Positions 8,801 through 18,551 of a stretch of 64,000 bases of DNA are shown here, in pieces. Under the pieces are notes generated by a model. That model did not search any database. It saw nothing but the letters and a program-made list of their open reading frames with translations, and had not been told where the DNA came from. Position numbers and translations under genes: made by a program. Numbering within the stretch: position 1 is the first letter of the stretch; every line of letters begins with the position of its first letter. The DNA lies in IMG/VR virus record IMGVR_UViG_3300042465_009257, positions 96,001 through 160,000 of that record. One strand, given 5' to 3'. This DNA comes from a virus.

Positions 8801-11800
8801 TTAGACCGTTGCGGTAGATGGTGCTAGAACTGGGGTTACACCTTTTGATTCTTCTTCATATTGTATGTATAAACGTTTAAAAGTAGAAGCAAGTTCTTCT
8901 GTAGCTTTTGGAGTATTAAAAGGTCCAGTGACGGCAACATTTACATTAGCATTAGTATTGATATTTTGGACTGTTCCTTTTGCAAAGAGTTCGGCGGCAG
9001 TCTGAATAGCAGCGGCGCTGACTTCAAAAGACCTCGCAGAATCTTCGGTTTTCTTTTGAGAATCTTCCAAAGCTTTCTTCTCTGCTTCTTTTGTTTTTTG
9101 ATCAGATTTGATTTTACTTTCTTGTTGGTCTAAAGGCGATAAATTTAGATTAGTATCTAGAGACGGAAGTTTTTGCAGTACCCCTCTAGACAATTGTTCA
9201 AAACGCCCCTGAGGAAGTTTTTCTTTTAAAAATGCTTCTTTATCTTGTAAATTTCCAGGCATACTATAAGCCTGTCGAAGTAAACCTGCCTCCTGATCAT
9301 TAATTTTATTATTAACTAAATTAGCTTGTCTTTCTCCAGCTTGAGGCCCAGCCATATCAGTATAGTTACTATATCTAGCTGTATCAGGAGCTTTTAGAGC
9401 ATTTCCAATTACATTTTCTATAGTAGATCTATCACCTTGCATTTTAAGACGATCATCAGCAATCTTTTTTAAATCGGCATTTGATTTTTCTAAAGATTTT
9501 GTTAATTCTGAAATCTTCGAGTCTCTTTCAAATCCTTTTGTTTGATCTGATAAAGAAACCTCTTTCGGAGTAATATTAACTAAATCCTTAATTTCTTTAT
9601 CTGCCTCAGCGCTAATTCTAGTGTACTCTGCAATATTTTTAAGATTTATAGCGTTTTCAGTTTCTAAATTAGCGAGAGGACCCGCTTTTAGATTTCTCTC
9701 ACTTTCAGCTACAATCTGATCTTGAAGTTTAGCCTTATCTTCGTCTTTCACACCGATCAAATTAGAAACCATTTTACTGGCTTCCATAAAATCACCTTTT
9801 AGAACAGAAGCTTGTATTTTCTTTCCAGTCGATGCATTTATATCTTTTGATGATTTATTTTGGTATTTAAATTGATCACCACTCAACAAATTAGTAATTT
9901 CATCTCCAATGATAGAACTCCCCTGCCGCTGATTAACCTGTTCAGCTTTTGTTTTAGTAGCAAGAATTCTAATAGGATCAGAGAAAGCCCCTTCTCTCCC
10001 AAGTGTTTTTTGATCCTCATCAGCCTTACGAATAGCATCTGCTTCAGCCTCCGTTAAAGTAGCTTTTTTATCTGGAGTTTCTTTCCTTTTTCTTTCATTA
10101 AAAGCTCGTTCAGCGGCCTTACCAGCACTCAAGGAAGAAATAGCTTCAGACTGATCTGCATTTAAATCTCCAAAAGTATTTCTAAGGGCATCATCTTTAG
10201 CTTTTTTTAGCTGAGCATCTGTCAAAGCCTTTAAAGAAAGTTTAGCTAAATCTGCTTTAGTTCTAGATTTGTCTAATTCATCAGTAAAGCCCTCCATAGA
10301 CTTTGTCACAGATTTTATTGTAAGCTCATCAATACCAAGAGACTTCAAATCACCTCCAATATTATTAATATTATAATCTTGTGAAGTGAATTTTTCCAAA
10401 AACTTAGAGACTTTCGCTTGATCTTCTGAGCTTTTAGCAGACTTATTAAGATCTTGTGAGATCCCCATTTTTACTGCAAGCTTAGCAGCTTTCTGTTCTT
10501 CTGAGGCCGAAATAGAAATTTCTGCTAAGCCTTTAGCATAAGACTCTTGGACTTGTTGCATTTCGTTTCCGGCTCCATCAAAAACACCAGCAGCAGAAAG
10601 ACGAGACTTAAGACCAGCAGTTTTACGTTCATCATCTTTAGCAGTTTTTTCAAATGATCTTGAAATAGCTTTTTCAAAATTAGCCGTTAATTGACGAGTA
10701 GAAATAGCAAGCTTAGCTTGGGCATCACTGAATTTTTTAGTTGCATCTTTTGCCGCTAAAGCTTCAAAAACAAGTAAAGCCAATGCTTCTGAACCGCCTT
10801 CAAAATTAGTAGTTAAAATTTCAAAATTAGGAACAAGGCTTGAAATTACATCTTTAATACCAGAAGATTCACCAGTTTGAATAAAGTTAGACTGAAGAAC
10901 AGGGATAGCCTTAGTAATTTTTGAAAGATCAATAGAACCAACTACAGAATCTACAAGAGGTTTTGCATCAGCCTTATTAAGAGTTTTTTGATAACCGAAA
11001 AGAGACAAAGCTTTTTCAAAACCATTATATGATTTTTCAGCTAAATCATTTGCATTTACCATTGATAAAAGTGCAGACTGAGCGCGTTCAGAAGATTCCG
11101 TTAACTTTTCATAAGCGGACGCAAGTTTTTCTGGATCAGTAATACTTAATAGTGAAGTAAAATCGCCTGTTAATGAGCCACCAGCAGTTGCTAAATTCTT
11201 ACGTGATCTTTCGATCAAATTTTGATCACCATCTTCTAAAGCTTTATTAAATTCAAATTGTGCTTGTAAATATGCTTCGCCAGCCTTACCTTCTTTTTGC
11301 TTTTGTAAAATCTCATCTGTTAATTTTACATTTAAATCTTTAAAATTACCGAAAAGCTCTTCAGTGACAGTCGAAAGAAGTTTAAATCCTCCCACCGCCG
11401 CTGCAATTGGTGCCGCAATCCCGCCAATAGCCAAACCAACAGCCGCGATTCCAAGTCCTTGTCCTGCTGATTCGGCAATCCTTCCCCCTTTTCCTCCGAT
11501 AGCTTGCCCAACGGCAGAGCCGATTAATGGAGCTAAGAAGGAAGCTCCAAAAGCTCCACCTCTTATTGTTTGAGAGCGGTCAGCTCTAGATTGAGCAATC
11601 CTATCTTTAACTACTTGTTTATTTTCGCTTACTCCCTGACTTCTGGCAAACTCTTTCTCTCTTTTCGCAATTCCGAAAAACCCACCTTGACGGGCAGTTT
11701 GACTATAAGCTCCCTCTCTTGATAATTTTTCTCTAGCATAAGCTGATGATCCAGCCTTATTTTGAGCCGCCCTAGTTGATACTTGAGCATTATAGTTTGA

Positions 11801-13441
11801 CATGTCCCTAAGGTAATTCCTAGGAAGGGACGATGTAGGTTGAGCCGTTAAAGATATTGATTGTCTATATTTTGGATCAGCCCTATCAGGCTTAATGATT
11901 GGAGAATTATTAGGTAAAAATCTACCACCACCTAAAGGATTTGGCCCATATGGGGCAGAAGGAGCCATAGTGGTAGCGCCAGTTCTACCAGATGCTCCTG
12001 CCCCATAAACTCTACCTGATAAAGCAGCTAATCTCTCCATCAAAGCCACTTGAGATGAAAGTTGTGAAGTAATTCCTTTTAATAAACCTTGGCTGGAGGC
12101 AAAACCATTATTCATGCCAATGACACTCTTAGTCGCATTAAATAAATCAGTGCCTATCTTTTTTATCAGCTTTAAAATCAACGCGCCCCCAAGAATCAAA
12201 ACAGGACCCCCTAATACTCCAGAAATCCCTGCCGCTAAAGCCTTGCCTACTGGATTCTCTTTTTCAAAAATAGATCCAAGAGTTGTGGCGGCATTACTTG
12301 CGAAGTCACTAAGACCTTTAATAGCATCCGTAAAAATTCCACCAATATTAGTCGTAGCTAATTTAGTAACAGCGTTTTGCAAACGTTGAATAGAAGTCTC
12401 TGTAGTATCATTTAGAGTCGCCAATCGCTCTGCAATAGAACCTCCAGCATTATTCGCTACATCAAGAGCTTTTTGGGAAACCCCTTGATTCTGAGCAAAA
12501 ATTGCGCCTTGGAGAACGTTCTTATTATATTTTCCAGCGACTTTAAAAGTAATATTAGCTTGTTGAGCATCAGTCAGATTCTCGTAAGCCTTGGCTAGAT
12601 TTTGTAAAATCTTTTCAGCATCAATAAAAGATCCATCTAAATTACGAGTCTCGACCCCAATCGCCCGAAGTTCTTCTTGAACCTTATCCGTACCAATGTT
12701 GGTAAAAATAGATTTAAAAGCATTACCAATAACCGCTTCAGAACGACCTGTCACCTGCTTAGTCGCCGCAATTAAAGCCGACATTTCTGTAAAACTGACC
12801 CCTACATCATTAGCAATCGAAGCTACTCGAGCTAGACCTTCCGCCAAGCCTGTCGTAGTAGTAGAGAAAGCCGCGTCTAATGCGCCCAAGGTATCAGCTA
12901 CTTCGCTGTAAGCTAGAGCCTCATTACCGAAAGCGGAGCTAATAGCTACCAAATCGCCAACAGTCTTTGTAAGATTGCCCCCGGACACGCGGGCGAGAGA
13001 CATTGCGGCCTCAGTTGCCTTGAGAGTTTTCTCAAGAGATAAACCTTGGCGGGAGAATTCTTCAGCGGCCATCGCTGCCTCAGTAAAGCCCAAGCCAGTT
13101 TTGTTTGCCAAATCAAAAAGAGAACTAGTAAAACTATTTAAGTCAGAACTAGTTGCTTGTAGAATACTTTGGATTTTGGAAATGGCAGTTTCTACCGAAA
13201 TGGCATCAGTAGCCAAGCGGCGCATTGCGGTCCCAACAGAGGCTAAGACTGTAGTAGCGGCGGTAAAACTAAGAACGCGATTAGTAGCCTGATCTAAAGA
13301 ACGATTAAAACCTTTTGAATCTAAATTTAACTGGTAACCATTTTTAGAAAAAAGGGTATTTCCTTGCCTGTGAAGATCCAGCAGAACCTTGCGGGCCTGA
13401 TCTCCGTTTAAATTAAGAATGAAATCGACGTTTTGTGCCAT
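8801..13441 (-). CDS. tail tape measure protein (TP901-like N-terminal region)
   Basis: 1546 aa, Ala/Gly-rich and helical. Motif LFDLANKTG...AAEEFSRQG...GVSFTEMSALIAATKQVTGRSEAVIGNAFKSIF; hydrophobic stretches; follows the chaperone genes. Confidence 0.92.
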   Translation of the reverse strand: MAQNVDFILNLNGDQARKVLLDLHRQGNTLFSKNGYQLNLDSKGFNRSLDQATNRVLSFTAATTVLASVGTAMRRLATDAISVETAISKIQSILQATSSDLNSFTSSLFDLANKTGLGFTEAAMAAEEFSRQGLSLEKTLKATEAAMSLARVSGGNLTKTVGDLVAISSAFGNEALAYSEVADTLGALDAAFSTTTTGLAEGLARVASIANDVGVSFTEMSALIAATKQVTGRSEAVIGNAFKSIFTNIGTDKVQEELRAIGVETRNLDGSFIDAEKILQNLAKAYENLTDAQQANITFKVAGKYNKNVLQGAIFAQNQGVSQKALDVANNAGGSIAERLATLNDTTETSIQRLQNAVTKLATTNIGGIFTDAIKGLSDFASNAATTLGSIFEKENPVGKALAAGISGVLGGPVLILGGALILKLIKKIGTDLFNATKSVIGMNNGFASSQGLLKGITSQLSSQVALMERLAALSGRVYGAGASGRTGATTMAPSAPYGPNPLGGGRFLPNNSPIIKPDRADPKYRQSISLTAQPTSSLPRNYLRDMSNYNAQVSTRAAQNKAGSSAYAREKLSREGAYSQTARQGGFFGIAKREKEFARSQGVSENKQVVKDRIAQSRADRSQTIRGGAFGASFLAPLIGSAVGQAIGGKGGRIAESAGQGLGIAAVGLAIGGIAAPIAAAVGGFKLLSTVTEELFGNFKDLNVKLTDEILQKQKEGKAGEAYLQAQFEFNKALEDGDQNLIERSRKNLATAGGSLTGDFTSLLSITDPEKLASAYEKLTESSERAQSALLSMVNANDLAEKSYNGFEKALSLFGYQKTLNKADAKPLVDSVVGSIDLSKITKAIPVLQSNFIQTGESSGIKDVISSLVPNFEILTTNFEGGSEALALLVFEALAAKDATKKFSDAQAKLAISTRQLTANFEKAISRSFEKTAKDDERKTAGLKSRLSAAGVFDGAGNEMQQVQESYAKGLAEISISASEEQKAAKLAVKMGISQDLNKSAKSSEDQAKVSKFLEKFTSQDYNINNIGGDLKSLGIDELTIKSVTKSMEGFTDELDKSRTKADLAKLSLKALTDAQLKKAKDDALRNTFGDLNADQSEAISSLSAGKAAERAFNERKRKETPDKKATLTEAEADAIRKADEDQKTLGREGAFSDPIRILATKTKAEQVNQRQGSSIIGDEITNLLSGDQFKYQNKSSKDINASTGKKIQASVLKGDFMEASKMVSNLIGVKDEDKAKLQDQIVAESERNLKAGPLANLETENAINLKNIAEYTRISAEADKEIKDLVNITPKEVSLSDQTKGFERDSKISELTKSLEKSNADLKKIADDRLKMQGDRSTIENVIGNALKAPDTARYSNYTDMAGPQAGERQANLVNNKINDQEAGLLRQAYSMPGNLQDKEAFLKEKLPQGRFEQLSRGVLQKLPSLDTNLNLSPLDQQESKIKSDQKTKEAEKKALEDSQKKTEDSARSFEVSAAAIQTAAELFAKGTVQNINTNANVNVAVTGPFNTPKATEELASTFKRLYIQYEEESKGVTPVLAPSTATV

Positions 13442-13461
13442 GACCTTTTACCTATCACATA

Positions 13462-13488
13462 TTACAATCGACTACTCCAAAATGGAAA
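13462..13488 (-). promoter_or_regulatory. late promoter TTTCC-N17-TGTAA
   Basis: Perfect motif, 20 nt before the tape measure ATG. Confidence 0.75.
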
Positions 13489-13489
13489 T

Positions 13490-14362
13490 TTAATTGCGTT
13501 TTTTCTTACTCTGCGCCAAATCAGCCTCAACCTCCGATCCCGACAATTCTTTTTCCTCTGGCGGCGCGTTATTTTTAACGATAGCGTAGGTCTCCAGCAT
13601 TTTCGGCTCTTTATAGAAATCCTCTGGCGCTTCCCAAGCAATTTTAATAACCTCATTATATCTCTTAGCCAAACGAAGCAAATTCATTTGATATACTGTC
13701 AATTCCGGCGCGGGTTTTTTAAAGAAATCTCCTGGATTTGAAACGTAATTATCAAAAACAGAATAGAAAAAAGAAGAAACAACAAGAAGTTCTAGGTATT
13801 CCTCATTGAATTTTAATACTTTATTAGAGTAATCATTGCGCAAAATGGTCAATTCAACTTCGCCCAATAGATTAAATTCTTCTTCTTCAAAGAACGGCGA
13901 CCCATCAAGTTTGCGGCTGGCCAAGAAAATTTCAAAATCATACGAGCGACTATAGGCATAAGACTCGCAACAATCCTGGGTAGCAATATTCCGCTTCATA
14001 GCGTCAGAATCAATGTCGTCCTTCATCTCCCGCAAAGTCTCATGGAAGCTTCGAATATTCTGCACCATTCCCATTGCCGGAATTTTGGAACGCCGCGCCC
14101 AAATCATCTTATAATCATCTAATTTTCTTTTAAATGATTCTTCATTTTCTTGGCTCCAAAAAGTCGGATCATTAAATTTATTTAATATAGTATCCCGCAA
14201 CTCTACTCCGTGATCTTTGGCCCATTTTAGATGTTTCTCGCGGTCCTCATCTACTAAACACTGGTCAAAAATAGATTGATGAATATATACGATAGGCTGG
14301 CCCCTGAAAACAGAGGTAGTCTTACCTTCGCAAATCTCTTTATATCCGAAAACTTGGCTCAC
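13490..14362 (-). CDS. putative tail assembly chaperone (second)
   Basis: Lies between tail tube and tape measure genes; helical and charged; C-terminal ELTVYQMNLL segment. Confidence 0.55.
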   Translation of the reverse strand: MSQVFGYKEICEGKTTSVFRGQPIVYIHQSIFDQCLVDEDREKHLKWAKDHGVELRDTILNKFNDPTFWSQENEESFKRKLDDYKMIWARRSKIPAMGMVQNIRSFHETLREMKDDIDSDAMKRNIATQDCCESYAYSRSYDFEIFLASRKLDGSPFFEEEEFNLLGEVELTILRNDYSNKVLKFNEEYLELLVVSSFFYSVFDNYVSNPGDFFKKPAPELTVYQMNLLRLAKRYNEVIKIAWEAPEDFYKEPKMLETYAIVKNNAPPEEKELSGSEVEADLAQSKKKRN

Positions 14363-15060
14363 TCGGTTCTAATGAGTTCGGCAAAATCTTCCATTTTATC
14401 TTCTGTAACCCCCTTGAAAAGGAAAGCGTCAAGAATTAGAAAGGCTCTTTCAAAGGCGGCAATTTCAGCACCGTGCGTTTCTACACCGTCGAAAGCCTCG
14501 TAGTAATGAGTGCGCCGCGTTTCGTCTGCATGGCCCGCAAAGACAGGTTGACCTGATTCCCAGTGAAGAAGATTCAAGACCGCCCAGAGGCACGTTTCGC
14601 GCTCAGAAATCGATTCTGCGGTATGTTCATAAACCTCCAAGAGTCGCGCTTCCATTTTCTGGACCTGTTCGTAAAGATCTTGGAATTCCAGTTCAACTTT
14701 AGAGGTATCGCCACCTTCAACCTTAATTTTCTGGTATTCGTTACGCTTAATATTCAATTCCGGCAGGATAACATCAAGTTCTTCCAAATCAGCCTTGGCA
14801 TAAGCAAAACCACCTTGATTTAGAATTGCAGTTCGCATTGATTCGCGGCTTTGAACACCCATAGCGACAGCTTTGCCGAATTCGGCGGATTGAATTACCC
14901 GCATTTGCTCAATTTCGCGGCGACCTGGGAGTTTGACAAAACATCCAACATCCTCAACTAATTTTACTTCTTTGGTAAGAATTCCATCTTCTGTTTTTTC
15001 TTCAACTTTTTTAGTAATCGTCTTCGGGACGGTAAACGTGTGTAATTTCTTAATAGTCAT
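14359..15060 (-). CDS. putative tail assembly chaperone (first)
   Basis: Synteny and coiled-coil character. The ATG at 15060 (MTIKKL) is preferred over the TTG at 15084. Confidence 0.55.
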   Translation of the reverse strand: MTIKKLHTFTVPKTITKKVEEKTEDGILTKEVKLVEDVGCFVKLPGRREIEQMRVIQSAEFGKAVAMGVQSRESMRTAILNQGGFAYAKADLEELDVILPELNIKRNEYQKIKVEGGDTSKVELEFQDLYEQVQKMEARLLEVYEHTAESISERETCLWAVLNLLHWESGQPVFAGHADETRRTHYYEAFDGVETHGAEIAAFERAFLILDAFLFKGVTEDKMEDFAELIRTE

Positions 15061-15125
15061 ATGCTTTTTAGAAAAGTATGGCAAAATTTAATAGCCAAGC
15101 TTAGTTTTAATTTTTAATAAATAGT

Positions 15126-15416
15126 TTATAATCCTCTCCGTAATTCTCCACCGTAATCCAGCAATTTTTTCCTGTAGACTTGGTACTGAGCCTCACCTAA
15201 AGATTCTGCGTGTTTTGCCAAATGGGTCAATTCCACATCAATCCCTGATTTTTCGAAAACAAATAATTCATATTCCGAAAGCGACTCTCCAAGCTTCTCT
15301 ACTTGGGTTTCCTGCTGCACACGGGCATCCTCAAGAATTCCAAGACAGTATTTGACCATCTCTGTGATTCTCCGCTCGGCACGAAACCGCAGAACTTCTT
15401 CTTTCACCTCATCCAT
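15126..15416 (-). CDS. hypothetical helical protein
   Basis: 96-aa ORF preceded by a late promoter motif. Confidence 0.7.
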   Translation of the reverse strand: MDEVKEEVLRFRAERRITEMVKYCLGILEDARVQQETQVEKLGESLSEYELFVFEKSGIDVELTHLAKHAESLGEAQYQVYRKKLLDYGGELRRGL

Positions 15417-15431
15417 ATTCCTTAATCTATT

Positions 15432-15458
15432 TTACAAGAAAAAGGAAAAAAAGAGAAA
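15432..15458 (-). promoter_or_regulatory. late promoter variant TTTCT-N17-TGTAA
   Basis: One mismatch; 15 nt before the ATG at 15416. Confidence 0.65.
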
Positions 15459-15474
15459 GTTTATTTAAATAAAA

Positions 15475-17268
15475 TTAAAAAACCGGACCTGTAAAGAACT
15501 GGCGTGAAGTATTTACTGGGTTTGACGGATTGACCGGATCATAAGCTCCTCCACTAGGCGATCCGGCTACTGGTGTATAAGGTAAAGTGGTCGTCCATGC
15601 GTAGGCATTCCCACGGCTGTAGTGGGCAATACCAGCTAGTCCCTGAATCGTTGGCGACTGACCTTGACCAAATGCTCGGATATTTTTATTATACATTGCG
15701 TCACGAATCAGGAAAGTTACTCCACCGCTGCATTTCAGCCCGTTAATGTTTACGCGGTCTTTGACATTATACGGAACGGGATTAAGGGCAACTGTTGAGT
15801 ACGCTCTGCTAATTAAAACGCCAGTTCCGTAGCCAAAGTAACGTGTAGAATCATTAGTTGCATTGTATGTAATTGCATTTACCGCCGTTACTTCTGATTC
15901 ATTTGCAAAATCTACTCCAGAAAGTCCATCTTCATAATATAATGCGCCTCGTGCAGGGTCTTGCAGTTGCCAGATATTCAAACTCGTTAAACTAATATTA
16001 TTTCCGCCTGTGCTATTTTCTTCAACATGGATACCAACGACCGGACCTTCAATGTGAATATTTGAAACAGACATATTTCCTTGCGCCTTAATTCCGATCA
16101 GTGGATATGTAACAACCCATGCAGGTTCTGGGTCCGCAGGCGCAACATTCCAAGCTGAGCTGATTCTTTTTACCATGCTCATGTCGATTGTTCCAACATT
16201 GACACTCGCGTTATTGGTAGCATATGAAAAATAAATAGGTATCATATCACGAACAGTACGCCCGGTAATCCAGAAATTTTTAATACTTAGACCGTTGACA
16301 ACTGATGCTGGATAAGACCCTCCTGCGACCCTATGGGAGCAGAACCCAATTCCAAACCCAGTTGGATTTGAAATAACAACTTCATCAATAATTGAACATT
16401 CCTCGACATTTCCTTTAGAGGAAATCCCTGAGATTCGTTTATTAGTTAAACGGTAGGCAAACGAAGCGTAGTAACATTCAATTAAGACTCCCGTAACTTG
16501 ATTGCGATAAGTCGCTCCACCTCCAGGTCCTCCAATCCAAATAACTGCTCCGTGATTTGGCACATCCAGTGAAGGGTTATCCCAGACATCCGACTGAAGC
16601 CAAGTGTCTGCCACCCATTCAGATGTGGCAGTGATAGAAGTTTGCGCTGAGCCTGATCCTTTGATGTGAATGTATCCGCCATGGCAGTCGATTGGTCTCG
16701 CAACGTAGTAGATGCGTGGGCCAAGGCTGACGGTAGTCCCATGCCAATCAGGATATGTTAAACCAACGGCTCCGGCGCGGGTAGATGACTGAATCGCGCA
16801 GTTGATGGCAATGTCGTGACGGTCAGTTTGCAAGCCCCACCACTCAGGGTAGACTTCTGTTCTGCCGAACATTCCGACGATATCTCCTGCATCAAATCCG
16901 CTAAAGATCTGACTTCTATCGGCCAAGCACTGGCCAAAGAATTTCAAGGTAGATCCAGAGCCTTTTATTAATTTAAAAGTATTAAAATCAATTGTTTTTT
17001 CTACTGGAATTACTGTAGATCCAGCAGGAAGAGTAATATTTGCCCCAAGTCTAAGAGTTAAAGTTCCAGCTTCCGCTAAAGCGCTTGTTAATTGAGCTTG
17101 AGTAGTAATAAATCTTAAAGAGGAATCGGAATTAGTCTGTAACCAATTTTGCATTGCCGCCCGATCAGCCTTTGAATCTCCACTACTATCAATAAGATAA
17201 GTAAAGGCCGCACTACTAGGAGCGGTAGCTAAAGGTAAATCGCGAATTCTGTCTCCTGCTGTTGCCAT
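15475..17268 (-). CDS. tailspike-like beta-helix protein (putative depolymerase)
   Basis: N-terminal virion-docking motif (RIRDLPLAT), then VYPEWWG...AINCAI...YYVARPI...IKGSG, typical of a pectate-lyase-3-like beta-helix start. Confidence 0.7.
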   Translation of the reverse strand: MATAGDRIRDLPLATAPSSAAFTYLIDSSGDSKADRAAMQNWLQTNSDSSLRFITTQAQLTSALAEAGTLTLRLGANITLPAGSTVIPVEKTIDFNTFKLIKGSGSTLKFFGQCLADRSQIFSGFDAGDIVGMFGRTEVYPEWWGLQTDRHDIAINCAIQSSTRAGAVGLTYPDWHGTTVSLGPRIYYVARPIDCHGGYIHIKGSGSAQTSITATSEWVADTWLQSDVWDNPSLDVPNHGAVIWIGGPGGGATYRNQVTGVLIECYYASFAYRLTNKRISGISSKGNVEECSIIDEVVISNPTGFGIGFCSHRVAGGSYPASVVNGLSIKNFWITGRTVRDMIPIYFSYATNNASVNVGTIDMSMVKRISSAWNVAPADPEPAWVVTYPLIGIKAQGNMSVSNIHIEGPVVGIHVEENSTGGNNISLTSLNIWQLQDPARGALYYEDGLSGVDFANESEVTAVNAITYNATNDSTRYFGYGTGVLISRAYSTVALNPVPYNVKDRVNINGLKCSGGVTFLIRDAMYNKNIRAFGQGQSPTIQGLAGIAHYSRGNAYAWTTTLPYTPVAGSPSGGAYDPVNPSNPVNTSRQFFTGPVF

Positions 17269-17276
17269 AATGTTTA

Positions 17277-17303
17277 TTACAATTCTTTTTTAAAAAATGG
17301 AAA
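17277..17303 (-). promoter_or_regulatory. late promoter TTTCC-N17-TGTAA
   Basis: Perfect motif, 8 nt before the ATG at 17268. Confidence 0.75.
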
Positions 17304-17343
17304 AAAATAAAGAGCCGCCCCGGAACTTTCCAGAGCGACTCTT
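17302..17343 (-). terminator. intrinsic terminator after tail tube gene
   Basis: AAGAGTCGCTCTGGA-AAGT-TCCGGGGCGGCTCTT followed by TATTTTTTT. Confidence 0.85.
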
Positions 17344-17396
17344 CATAAACCTACTCAGAGAATTCCAAGGGGGTCCATAGGGAAATTTATCCCCTA

Positions 17397-18476
17397 TTAA
17401 GTGTTTGCGATACCAGACATAAACAATCCATTCAGAGAATCATTACCGCCACCGACAGTTCCTTGGAAGTTCATTGTTACCGTGGAAGCGTCCCCACCGA
17501 TAGAGAAATCATGAGCTTGGCTTTCGTAAGAGAGGTTTTTCAGGCGGAAAAGAGAGGCAACTGCGCCAGTTCCAGAACAGTTTGGACGACGGATGGTGAC
17601 ATCAACACTATAAGATCCGGTTTCACAAGCAAAAGTGGACAAACGCCCAGCCGTCATATCTTTTGCAAGGAATTCAACCGCAAAAGTTACAGGGATAACA
17701 TCAGCAATAATACTATCTTTACGATAGAAAGCGCCGAGACATTGCTGCTGCTGACGACCGAACTCAACTCCAATATCTACACTTTGCACGCAGGCATTGG
17801 CTAAATCGTAGAAAACCCCAGACGCGCCGGAAAGGTTGACGCTGATATCGCGGGGACGGAGAATTGGGTCGCGACCACCGAAAGCATTTCCAGAAGCGGT
17901 CGGTAGAGTAAATGTACCAGTGGCAATCGCTCCAGTATTTACGTTAATAGCGGGCAAACGCTCAGCACTAGAATCAACGTAGTATTCCGCGTCAACAGCC
18001 TCAAAAGACATGGAAACAGTAGGATAAGAGCCGACTGCCGCATTAAAATTATACGAAGAGATCGTAGCATTTCCGAAACCAATACAAGGAGTAGAGCCAG
18101 GAACTGCGCCGATAGCATCAATCCCATCCGAAGAAATCATCGCAAAAATGTTACGTTCATCTTTCGTTCCGTCAAGAAGATTTGAAAAAGCGCCGCTGAT
18201 AGTACTATCAGTGATAAATCCGAAGCTTTTCTCGTTATCGAAATTACTTAGGTAGTAAGATAGATCAAAAGTCACTACGGGAGCAGCAGGATCTTCGCGA
18301 CGATCAGCGGCACGTTTACCGAAGACCAGGATATCTTCCTTAGAGGTTGCGAAATTGTAACCAAAACTCTGAGTTCCGTAGATCTCTTTAATATTGGCGG
18401 TAGTATGTGTTCCAGTCGCAGGAGATGGGCCTGCGTAAAGGACAACGTTGGAAGAGGCGATTTTTTTGCGTGGCAT
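17397..18476 (-). CDS. major tail tube protein
   Basis: 359 aa, beta-rich, two-fold internal repeat (TQSFGYNF...VTFDLSYYL; VQSVDIGVEF...VTFAVEFL). Has its own promoter and terminator and precedes the chaperone and tape measure genes. Confidence 0.8.
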   Translation of the reverse strand: MPRKKIASSNVVLYAGPSPATGTHTTANIKEIYGTQSFGYNFATSKEDILVFGKRAADRREDPAAPVVTFDLSYYLSNFDNEKSFGFITDSTISGAFSNLLDGTKDERNIFAMISSDGIDAIGAVPGSTPCIGFGNATISSYNFNAAVGSYPTVSMSFEAVDAEYYVDSSAERLPAINVNTGAIATGTFTLPTASGNAFGGRDPILRPRDISVNLSGASGVFYDLANACVQSVDIGVEFGRQQQQCLGAFYRKDSIIADVIPVTFAVEFLAKDMTAGRLSTFACETGSYSVDVTIRRPNCSGTGAVASLFRLKNLSYESQAHDFSIGGDASTVTMNFQGTVGGGNDSLNGLFMSGIANT

Positions 18477-18499
18477 ACAGTAAAATTAGTTAATATTCT

Positions 18500-18526
18500 T
18501 TACAATCAGTCGGTTTTAAATGGAAA
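18500..18526 (-). promoter_or_regulatory. late promoter TTTCC-N17-TGTAA
   Basis: Perfect motif upstream of the tail tube gene. Confidence 0.75.
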
Positions 18527-18551
18527 TTTTAATTTTTGTTTTTTAATTAGC

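Noticed and set aside
14340-14420. Programmed -1 frameshift between tail chaperones (lambda G/GT type)
   Set aside because: The -1 frame has a TAG three codons before the GTG and there is no slippery heptamer in between. A simple GTGA overlap explains it.
17310-17396. Hammerhead or HDV-like ribozyme in the shared 3' UTRs
   Set aside because: No intact CUGANGA...GAAA core in both copies, and I could not build an HDV double pseudoknot. Kept only as an unknown structured element.
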